Positions 1 through 9,734 of a stretch of DNA of 64,000 nt are shown one piece after another. Both the position numbers and the translations under genes were made by a program. The DNA is taken from the NCBI GenBank assembly GCA_013265495.1, contig MU057989.1, positions 1,319,513 to 1,383,512 on the forward strand, in the 5' to 3' direction. Position 1 is the first letter of the stretch. The number at the start of each line of letters is the position of its first letter. Below the pieces are notes generated by a model, which saw only the letters and a list, made by a program, of their open reading frames with translations, had not been told where the DNA came from and did not search any database. This DNA comes from Vicugna vicugna. Taxonomy: Eukaryota.

Positions 1-1060
1 TTATAGCATCCATTAGTCATTCTTGCCTAAAATTAATAATTACTGTTACTGTTGCAAAATGGTGATTTTCTGATTACAATATCCCTTCTTTGTTTATTAG
101 TTGGCATTCTACCGAAAGAAGAGCTTTCTTTTCTTCTCCATTTATTTATTCATTTGTTCGTATCAGTATAAACTCACAGACTGTTATTTTATTCACTGGG
201 GCATCATCAAGATAACTACTTACTTTCATGCCCAAATTATCCCCAACTTGGCCTGTGGAAGTCTCTTCCAGCTGACTGCTGTGTCCTTTTGACATGGCCC
301 CATCGTTCTCTCAGCACTTCCTTACTTTCTATCACAACAGGATATTCTAGACAACTTGTACTTTGCCTGCCATACCCTGGAACTAGCCATTTCTCCAAGG
401 AGTCCTGGTTCCTTTTAGTGTCTAATGGGATTTAGAAACCAAGATCTGTGCCTCAGGTGTGTGCATTGTGCCTGGAGTGTCACTGCTTCCAAATCCTCTC
501 AGCAGACTGAGCCAGGAAAAAAGTGTGTGCTTGTGCATGTGAGCACTTGTGCATGTGCACACACAGATACATATTCCATATCTATCTGTTTTTCCATATT
601 CATATTGTAGATGTATATATGCACGTATGTACACACCAATCCAGCCACTCTTGCAAACCACCCACCATGCATCCAACATATCAGTGAGTTCAACCTGATT
701 GTTCCACTTTCAGTCCAACACCACTGGGTTTATCTAGTCTTCTGCCTGTCTACATTTGAAACTATTTTCTAGTAAAGAGAAGTCTGGCTCTAATTATCCT
801 TAATATTCATTTGTTTGATCCTGCAACACAAAAAGTAGTTTCAGAATCGTTACTCATACCACTGCAGGATACAGTCCTACTTAACTGGCATGTGATATCT
901 AGAGTTCTTTTTATCTTTAGATTGAGGGTATGTTGTTAAAATACTGTGCTCAGTTTATGTAGGTCACTTCTTTTTCTCCCACTTCACTATGATTATACTA
1001 TTTGTTTGAAATGCAGTCAGGTTTCCATTGAATATGTTTGTATTGCATTTAAATGGTTTC
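1..1060 (-). mobile_element. Old L1 (L1M-type) 3' UTR remnant
   Basis: Motifs such as CCATTTCTCCAAGGAGTCCTGGTTCCTTTTAGTG and TTAGAAACCAAGATCTG typical of ancient mammalian L1; boundaries approximate. Confidence 0.6.
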
Positions 1061-1282
1061 TTTTTTAAGGGAGTTGGATTGTTTGCCTCCCCTCCTTTAA
1101 ATTCAGATCATTGTGGTTTGTGTGTGTACGGGGGCGGGGAGGGGATAGAATTTGTCTTTGAGCACTGAAAAGCATAAAAAGGAGACAGAAGTCTCTGATA
1201 GTCCCACCACTGTTAGTATTTTAGTGTGTTACCTGCTAGTTGTTGATTAGGGATGTTATTTTTGTTTTATATTAGCTAAGTT

Positions 1283-1400
1283 CGGGGGGGGTTGTAATTA
1301 GATTTATTTTTTCGTTTTTTAGATAGAGGTACTGGGGATTGAACCCAGGACCGCGTGCATGCTAAGCACGCACTCTGCTACTGAGCTGTACCCTCCCCTC
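1283..1400 (-). mobile_element. tRNA-Ala-derived SINE (camelid vic-1-like)
   Basis: Reverse complement of GGGAGGGTAYAGCTCAGT..AGAGTGCGTGCTTAGCATGCA..GGTCCTGGGTTCAATCCCCAGTACCTC plus AT-rich tail. Confidence 0.85.
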
Positions 1401-1495
1401 TTTGCTAGTTTTTGAATAAGTTATATATGCAAATCTTTGAAAATTCAGTGGGTACAAATTGAGAACTGCGTAAGATAAGTCTCCCTTGCATTCTT

Positions 1496-1639
1496 CTTCT
1501 TTTTTGTCTTTTTTTGACGAGGTTGGTAATTAGGTTTATTTATTTATTCATTTATTTTTGGAGGAGACTCTGGGGATTGAACGCAGGACCTCATGCGTGC
1601 TAAACATGCACTTTACCACTTGAGCTATATAACCTCCCC
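1496..1639 (-). mobile_element. tRNA-Ala-derived SINE (vic-1-like) with perfect 15-bp TSD
   Basis: Same family; TSD CTCCCTTGCATTCTT at 1481-1495 and 1640-1654. Confidence 0.9.
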
Positions 1640-2392
1640 CTCCCTTGCATTCTTGACTTTTACATTGCGTTCCACTCTCCAGAAGCAGCCTTTTGTTCTA
1701 GATGCAAGCCTGTATGTGCACGCATATGTGTGCGTGCATTTTTTCATACCAAAGGTAGAATACACTGTTAGCACTGTTTGTACCCTGGTGTTTTGTGTCT
1801 ACTTCTTAGTATGTTTGGGAAATACTCTGCACGTATAACTGCCTCACTCTTTTTATGGTCACAATAGTCCTTCATATAGACACATCACTGTTTGTTTAGC
1901 CAGGCCACTATCGCTGGATGTTTTGCTGTTTCTCATCTTTTGCTATTATAGACAGTGAATATTTTTGCATAATGTCATTTCTTATATTCATTTTTTTGAA
2001 TGTGCAGATATCTATTGTACGTGAAGTGGAACATCTTTTCTATGATTTGAGAGCTGTTATTTTCCTTTGCATCTGTTCAGTCTTTTGCCCTTCTTTCTGT
2101 TGAGTAATTGATCTTTTTCTTATTCATTTGTAGAAACTCTTTATAAATTAATTCAATTAGTCTTTTGTCAGTGAATTCAGTTGCATTTTTTTAATCTGTC
2201 TTTTGACTTTGAAAGTATTTGCCTGTTTGTTTATAATTTTCTTTTTATTTTTTAACACCTTTATTGTGGTATGGTTCTTGTATAGTAAACTACACATATT
2301 GCAGATGACTTCTGATAGATGTATACACCAAAGAAACCACCACCACAATCAAGACAGCTAACATTTCCATCACTCCCAAGGAGGTGCAATTT

Positions 2393-2740
2393 TCAAATTC
2401 CCAATTTGTCCCTTTCCACCCTCTTTACCCCCTGGTAACCATAAGTTTGTTCTCTATGTCTGTGAGCCTGTTTCTGTTTTCTTGTAGACCAGTTCATTTG
2501 TGTCCTTTTTTTAAAGATTCCACAGATGAGTGATACATGGCATTTTTCTTTCTCTTTCTGGCTTATTTCACTTAGAATGCCAATCTGCAGGTAAATGGCA
2601 TTTTTCTTTTTTATGGCTGAGTGGTATTCCATTGACACGCACACATGCGCACACACGCACACACAAAACTTCTTTATCCAGTCATTTGTCCATGGACATT
2701 TGGGTTGTTTCTATGTCATGGCTATTATAAATAGTGTATG
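2393..2740 (-). mobile_element. Lineage-specific L1 3' fragment
   Basis: CCCTGGTAACCATAAGTTTGTT..CTATGTCTGTGAG..AGATTCCACA..AGTGATA shared with copies at ~19.8 kb and ~28.7 kb. Confidence 0.8.
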
Positions 2741-5040
2741 TAATTTTCAGCCGCTGAATCATACATACAGTTTTCCCTCACTTTTCACTGTTTATCATAG
2801 TGAAAGCACTTTTCCATATCTTTGAATATTTTTAAACATTTTTGATGGCTGAATAATAGTCCACTGATGGGTGTGTCCAGTTACCTATAAATCCTGCTGA
2901 TAAAAGGACCAATTTGCTTAGTCTAAGAAAGTGAAGTTGTGCTTGTGTTCCTCTAGAGGGCGCTCTTAGGATGAGGATTCCCATGGATACAGTTTTGTGA
3001 GCCAAGTTGCTGCCACTTGTTACAGATACTCTTATTGATCCCAGTCCCCTCTCATTTCTAAGGTCCTTTCTCCAAGGCCCTGAATCGCTATGACTTTCTT
3101 TTTTCACATTTTTAAGGTGAACACTGAGGTATGATAGTAAAGCTGAAGTATGTTTCTCTCCAAGTATAATGTTTGAGATCGGGAAAAAATATTTGCAACA
3201 CATTTGCTAAAGGGTTAGTATTCCTAATATGTAAAGGGCTTCTTCAGAATAATGAGAAAAAGACTAACAACTTATTGGAAAAACAGGTCAGGGTGAGCAG
3301 AGGAGGAAATGCAAGTGACCAGCAGTCAGGGAAGTGCAGAGGGAGCCAAGAAGATGCCTGAGGCTCACCCTTCAGCTGGTACACGTTTCGAAGTCGGGTA
3401 CCGTCCCTGCTGCTGCCCAAGCCTCTGCACTGATGGTGGAAGTGGAAACCACCCTGGCTTTGGGAAGTGGTGGTTACAGTAGCTGTTCAACTTGACACGT
3501 GCATCTCTGTGGGGACATACCCTACAGATCACACTTGAAAAATTGCACACCTACAGGATGTCCTTTGGAGCCTGTGTGTAATAGTGAAGGACTGGACGGC
3601 CTCGGTGACCACCAGGAGTAGGTTGTCTGGAAAACATGGTGATGAGGAATGCTCTCCAAGATCATTACATTGTTAAAAACAAACAGCAAAAGCTGCAGAA
3701 CTGTGTGCACAGTATGCTACCTTGGCTTATGGAAAACTCGTAATGCTTTTCAGGCCAAGTGGATGGCTTGAAATGTGTGTGTCTGTCAAAGTAGAATATC
3801 ACTATAGCTGTGCCTCTAAGGAAGGGACCTGGAATGATTAGGGGTCAGGGGTCGGGGCACACTTAACTGTTCACCATACCTCCATTTTTCACTTTAGAAA
3901 TTTTTACCATGTACACATAGGACCTTTTCAAATAAATATAACACATAAAATTTTAAAGATAATAATTATTTGTCCCAGCCGGTCCGCCTTTGGAAATCTG
4001 TGTTACAAAAGATAAAGACATTAGAATAGAAGGACAGATGTGCAGAGACTTTTTTCTGCAACACTGAAACATAAGTATTAAAATGGAAATTGAAATCTAT
4101 ATTTATTGGCCTGGAGGAATGTTCACGATGTGTCATGAAGATAAAATGAAGAGCAAGTTGCAGAGTGATAGTATAATGCACTCATTATAAAATTTTTACT
4201 TAAAAAAGAAACTCTTGTGAAGAAAAAAAACAGTGAGTTGTGGGAAGAGCACCTCAAACTGAGCTACTAAGAGTTGGCCACCCTGGGAGTCAAGGTGAGG
4301 GGGAGATTAGCAAGAATTTCATTATATATCTCTGTATCCTTTGATTTGCTGTAACGATTGTACTTAATAATTTACCAAAAAAAAAAATAAGGACATTAGG
4401 TTAAATAAAAAGGTGCCCAGTGAGGAGCTGATGGGAGTGGCCACAAATTGTAAGGCCCCACCAGCTGGGTGAGGAGCTGGGAGCTGGGGAGGCTCCTGGC
4501 GGGGGTGGGGACAAGGGCAAAGACACCCCAGGAGGAGGGGCATAGCAGCACCAGCGCCTGCGAGGGGAGCTGCTTCCCTCATTGCTCCTGGGGTTCCTGT
4601 GATGGGGGTGGGGACACTGAGGGGCCTTGGGGGACAGTGCTGCTCCCCCCTCTGCACAGGGGTTGCATTCAGTTGCCACTTTCATCCTGCTTTCCCTGCT
4701 TTCCCAGCTGTCCCTTTTCTAATGGGGTGGAGGGGCATTTACTGTTTTTAAAGCGTATTTGCTCAGCTCCCAGGGGGTTTCAGGAACTTCTGTAGAGGGG
4801 ACCATCTCATTTTTCAGTGTCATATAATCAGCTTGGTGGTTTGGAATTGAGAAGTCAGTGTGTTCTAGGTCAGTTAACAGTTTGAGCCCCTGCACCTGCG
4901 TCCTCAGGCAGTATGTTTAGTGCGAATGCACACAAAACAGTAGTCTTCAGCGAAACGATTCCTCTCTCATGCACGTTGTGGTCCCAGGGCCTCGGCTGTC
5001 AGGGTGATAAAGGGTCTGTTTTTCTTCTCCTTTTTATCAG

Positions 5041-5188
5041 GAAACCATAAATACAGGCCCTTTTGTGATGCGCTCCACCTGTCGGAGGTGTGGTGGCCGG
5101 GGCTCCATCATCACGACTCCCTGCGTGGTGTGCAGAGGAGCAGGACAAGCCAAGCAGAAGAAGAAAGTGATGATCCCCGTGCCTGCCG
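5041..5188 (+). CDS. DNAJA3: DNAJA3 (Tid1, mitochondrial Hsp40) internal exon carrying zinc-finger repeats 3 and 4
   Basis: Polypyrimidine tract + AG at 5039-5040; translates ETINTGPFVMRSTCRRCGGRGSIITTPCVVCRGAGQAKQKKKVMIPVPA(G) with two CxxCxGxG motifs; donor G|GTGGGT. Upstream exons (J domain, first two Zn repeats) were not found and presumably lie left of the window. Confidence 0.97.
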
Positions 5189-6037
5189 GTGGGTCTGGGG
5201 CTCCGCCACACTCGGAGGCTGGGAACCAAGGCCCTGGTGTCCTTGTTTCTGGAACCCAGACTGGAGGAGGAGCCGGTGTCTCCTTGCCTTTTCCTTTGCC
5301 AGTTATCCTCAAACTCTGCACACACATGTCCTGTAGGGAGATGGGGCCTGACGGGCCCATCTGCTCCTGCATGAAGAAACTCCCCCTTCCCGCCTCTCTT
5401 CTGTCCCAAGGCCATCACTGTTCCCACTACTGGCCCATGCGGCCACACCACCCGCTCCTCCTGCCCTCGGGACCAGTCTGCTCCCCACAACCAGCTCTCG
5501 TTCCCAGGGCCACCTTTCCCCTGGGCAGTCTGATCATGTCACTCGCCTTGTGGAGGACCCTGCAGTGACTCTCAGGGGCCAAGAAATGGCCTCCTCTTTT
5601 GGCTCCTGTTAGTCTCCAGCCTCCCTTCTTATTAGTCTCCCCCTTGTTACCTGCCCTGAAGCTTCCCGACTTTCATGTAGCCCCTGCTTCCCAGAGTAGA
5701 GCCTTTGCATATGCCCTTCCTGGTGTCTGAAGCTCACTGTTCACCTTCTTTTCAGTGGGCTGATTCTGTTCTCCTGGAGCTCCCAGCTCAAACATCACTC
5801 CCGTAGGGAGGCTTTCTGGAACCCTCCTTCCTTAGATCCTTAGATGTTCCTTTGTCTGGAGTTGGGATCTTTTCCTTCTAAGAATACATCTCTGTTTGTA
5901 GTGATAAATTTGTTAGTGTTGTTATTTGGTTAATAGCTGTCTCCTGCTAGACTCTAAAGTCACTGAGACACCATGTGGACCTAGCAGTAAACTTGAATAA
6001 ATGAATAGAAGGTGCTTTTGTTTGGTTATCAATTATT

Positions 6038-6136
6038 ATTATTATTTTTTAAAATGGAGGTACTGGGGATTGAACCCAGAACCTTGTGCATGCTAAGCAC
6101 GCACTCTGCCGCTGAACTGGTCCCCCCAGCCTCCCC
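6038..6136 (-). mobile_element. tRNA-Ala-derived SINE (vic-1-like)
   Basis: GGAGGTACTGGGGATTGAACCCAG...GCATGCTAAGCAC core; imperfect TSD GGTTA..AATTATT. Confidence 0.85.
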
Positions 6137-6330
6137 GGTTACTAATTATTCTATGTTGCACCTTTGAAAAGTTATACTTGTTGCTGTGTTGGATGATTGT
6201 GTTGTTTCTTGTTAACAAGAAACAGGAGTAAGGAAGTTGGTGGGTTCTAGATAAGTGGATCTAGGGTAGAAAATGCCTTGGGAGGTCCCAAAATAATTGT
6301 TCTCTTTTGAACTTTTGGTTTTATTTACAG

Positions 6331-6395
6331 GAGTCGAGGATGGCCAGACTGTGAGGATGCCTGTAGGAAAAAGAGAAATTTTCATTACATTCAGG
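6331..6395 (+). CDS. DNAJA3: DNAJA3 internal exon (65 nt)
   Basis: tttacag|GA GTC GAG GAT... = (G)VEDGQTVRMPVGKREIFITFR, donor AGG|GTAGGT; phase joins the previous exon. Confidence 0.97.
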
Positions 6396-7837
6396 GTAGG
6401 TGCTTGCTTGCATAGCTTCTGTTGGGCCCTTGCTCTCCTGGAGAAGGTATCGCCAACGAACGCTTCTTGTGGGAGAGGTAGGAGCTTCACGGAGCCCCTG
6501 GCCATCCGCGTTTCCAGGGCGAGCAGTGGCCACCTTGGCAGGGTGATTTAACATGTGTTACATCAAGCTTCTTTGCTGAGTGTGGAGAGAACAAAGTTTC
6601 CTCAAAGTGTTTACAAGTTGGAAACATAGCACACATAAAAATACAGGAAACGTCTCCTTTTGTCTTTTATTCATGTATCAAATTGTTCAGAGGGACAGCA
6701 AGTGCCAAGGTATATACACACACAAGGGCAGACCTGGTTTCATGAGGTGAGGGAGACGTGAGAGGAGGTCATGCCTTCTGGGAGCAGTTCCACCAGACGT
6801 GTCCCTGAGGAGGCCCCCGCTGGGTGCGCAACAGCCTCACTCGTAGTAGCAAGACCCTGACAACAGTGAGTGGACCGCGCATGGGCACAGAGCACCTCAG
6901 AGCAGGAGGCTCAGGCCACACGTGTCAGCATGAGACGTTTTGGGACTTCTAGGTCATGATCGAGGGAGGATGCAGGGAGGGAGAGGATCTGTATGAAGTC
7001 TTAAACCACACGAGGTGGTAGTATATATTGTTTAGGGACACATAAATATGTGGGAAGAGTAAAAAGATGCTCAGAGGAATGATAAATACTAAACTAACAT
7101 AGTGGTTACTCTGGAGGGGTGAACAGGTGAGGAGACGTCACCTGTGTCCTAATGTTCTGTTACCTAAGCTGGGTTGTGGGTGCACCACATGTGTTACTTT
7201 TTTTACTTGGCCAGTTTTTGAATATATGAAATACTTGATAATTTAAAACAAAGACAAAAATAATGTCAAGTGTGAGACTTCTAGACTGAGGAATCAAAGA
7301 CAAAGGCAGTGGCCTGGAAGCCAATCGATGAGGAAGGCCTGGTAGAGAATTTAGATTCTGTTCTCAGCTAATAACATAGAGGAAAAAAAGACAGAGAAGA
7401 ACTCACTGGAAGGCAGAGAATGTCTATTCACAAAATATAGTGCCTTTAAAATCAGAGTGATTTCAGCACTACCAGTCTGACTTGAAGGCAGTTTGTGCCA
7501 CATGACTGTTGGGAAAATGAACCATCTTTGCCTTTGTAGGTCATGTTAGTCTGTGTGTCTTCATGTTTTCCAGTACACAGTAAGATTTTTATTTTAAATG
7601 TTCAAAAGCTGATTTTACGTTTTTATTCTCCTTCACCAAGAAAGATCTGAGGCTGACACCCTTGCATTGCCTTGGAGAAAGGATCTACTGTGGAACTCTC
7701 AGAGCCTGGGGTGCTGGCCGCTTTGGTGAAAGTACATTCTCTCTCTCAACACCACTTTCTAGGCTGCTGAGACGCAGGGCTGTTGTCCATTCTCCAGAAG
7801 GACTTCCCTGTGCGTAATCCCCATCTTTTGGCCCTAG

Positions 7838-7966
7838 GTGCAGAAAAGCCCCGTGTTCCGGAGGGACGGCGCAGACATCCACTCCGACCTCTTCATTTCC
7901 ATAGCCCAGGCTATTCTTGGGGGCACGGCCAGGGCGCAGGGCCTATACGAGACCATCAACGTGACG
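7838..7966 (+). CDS. DNAJA3: DNAJA3 internal exon (129 nt), C-terminal substrate-binding domain
   Basis: ccctag|GTG CAG AAA...: VQKSPVFRRDGADIHSDLFISIAQAILGGTARAQGLYETINVT; donor ACG|GTAAGA. Confidence 0.97.
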
Positions 7967-8194
7967 GTAAGAGGACCAGCACGTTGCGGCCACCCTCGTA
8001 CATCGATGCCCTGTTTTCCTGAAACAGAAAATGGCTGAGGAATGGCGGGAACCTGTGAACAGCCAGCTTGTCTGGGATTCGGAGGACATGGGGTCTAGGG
8101 GAGGGCAGGAGGAGTGTTGGGCCATGCCTTGGGTGTGAGTCACCAGGGGCCGTTCCTGGGTCGCGCTCACTCCTGGGCGGGGGAGCAGTCTCAG

Positions 8195-8212
8195 CAGCGC
8201 CCCCTGCTGGCC
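8195..8212 (-). promoter_or_regulatory. Candidate CTCF site
   Basis: Minus strand GGCCAGCAGGGGGCGCTG, close to the CTCF core consensus; motif only. Confidence 0.6.
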
Positions 8213-8271
8213 CTGCCTCCTCCCAGGTCTCCCTCTCCATGCTCCCTCCCTCCTGCTTCCTGGGCTCACCT

Positions 8272-8346
8272 TCCCAAACTACCTGCCCCAAGTCCTGTCC
8301 CAAACTACCTGCCCCAAGTCCCAAACTACCTGCCCCAAGTCCTGTC
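8272..8346. repeat. Short tandem repeat, 3 copies (26/21/26 bp)
   Basis: Core CCCAAACTACCTGCCCCAAGT identical at 8273, 8299 and 8320. Confidence 0.95.
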
Positions 8347-8531
8347 ACAGGCTCTGCTGGGGGGGGTGGGGAGGGGGACCCAGTCTAGCTAGTTTCCATG
8401 TGGTAGTTGGCAGGCTTGGTCTAGAAACCTGGACGGAGTTCTTTTCAGGAGTAAGACTGTCTTCACGTCATGAAATGTTTTCATTTGGGCACCTGGAGAC
8501 CAAGGAAAACCAGAGCTTCCTTTCTTTGTAG

Positions 8532-8647
8532 ATCCCCCCTGGGATTCAAACAGACCAGAAGATTCGGATGAGTGGGAAGGGCATCCCCCGGATTAACAGC
8601 TACGGCTACGGAGATCACTACATTCACATCAAGATAAGGGTCCCGAA
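8532..8647 (+). CDS. DNAJA3: DNAJA3 internal exon (116 nt)
   Basis: tttgtag|ATC CCC CCT...: IPPGIQTDQKIRMSGKGIPRINSYGYGDHYIHIKIRVP(K); donor AA|GTAAGT. Not in the ORF track, read directly. Confidence 0.97.
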
Positions 8648-9066
8648 GTAAGTGCCTGCTTCACGTGGCCAGGCCTGCCTGGTCTCTGTGGCTTTCACCA
8701 CCGAGTGGGAGCCCATTGAGGGTTCTTTACCAGCCGGGCTGGTGCCGGTGGTAGGGGTTCAGCGCCCGGCCCAATCGCCGGGCCCGTGTGGCTCTGCTAC
8801 TGTAAGCGCCGAGGCTGAAGCAGGTCATTTCTTCCTTTAAGTCAGGTCTGTCCTCCCGAGTGCTCCGTCTGCCAAGGGGCCATAATAAGAGAGCTTGACT
8901 TCGTTGAGTTGCTGGAAGATTGAAATTAATAACCCACAGGGAACGCTTGGCTATTGCTGCTGCCTTTGATTTTATTATTATCTCAGGATGCCCGTCTGGT
9001 GGGAGAGACGGATCTATAACCAGATTGTGAAGCTGTGTGATGTCTACATCCTCTGGGAGAGAAGTC

Positions 9067-9329
9067 CAAGCAGGGAGCTTTGGGCATGCAGACCAGGGAG
9101 CCATGGGTGTGCGGAGCAGGGGGCCGTGGGCGTGCGGAGCAGGGGGCCGTGGGCGTGCGGAGCAGGGGGCCGTGGGCGTGCGAAGCGGGGTGCTGTGGGC
9201 GTCCGGAGCAGGGGGCTGTGGGTGTGCGGAGCAGGGCGCCATGGCTGTCCGGAGCAAGGGGCTGTGGGCGTGCGGAGCAGGGGGGCCGTGGGCGTGCGGA
9301 GCGGGACGCTGTGGGTGTCCGGAGCAGGG
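9067..9329. repeat. G-rich 23-bp minisatellite, ~11.4 copies
   Basis: Unit GGAGCAGGGGGCCGTGGGCGTGC starting at 9113, 9136, 9159, 9182, 9205, 9228, 9251, 9274, 9298, 9321, plus two degenerate units at 9067 and 9090. Confidence 0.95.
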
Positions 9330-9636
9330 CAGGCCCGACGCTGCTTGGGAGGACAGGGTTTCCAGCACCCTTTTTAATTAGATAATTTCCTACACACAGA
9401 ATTGTAACAGCATTTTGTTCCCCCAGTAGACTGTTTAACACAGCCACAGTGTTGTTTAAAACAACTTAGAGTATTTGAGATTTACAGAAGCTTTGAGGGC
9501 GTGGGCTCTTGGGTTCAGGGTGTGCCCTGTGCCTGGGTTGTGGGGTCTCGCATTTCCCCCACACTTTGTGTCCTTTGTGTCATTTAAAGAACTGCCCCAA
9601 GGAAACTGTCTGACATGGACTGTGCTTGGTCCACAG

Positions 9637-9734
9637 GAGACTGACAAGCCGGCAGCAGAGCCTGATCCTGAGCTACGCAGAAGATGAGACTGACGTGGAA
9701 GGGACAGTGAATGGCGTCACCAGCACAAGCACTG
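9637..9734 (+). CDS. DNAJA3: DNAJA3 last constitutive coding exon (98 nt)
   Basis: ccacag|G AGA CTG...: RLTSRQQSLILSYAEDETDVEGTVNGVTSTST(G); donor G|GTAAGG. Confidence 0.97.

Noticed and set aside
9067..9329. Regular repeats reminiscent of a CRISPR array
   Set aside because: Head-to-tail units with no unique spacers, mammalian intron, no cas genes.
8727..9447. Several overlapping 100-213 aa ORFs with repetitive peptides
   Set aside because: Produced by the stop-free 23-bp minisatellite; intronic, no protein family resemblance.
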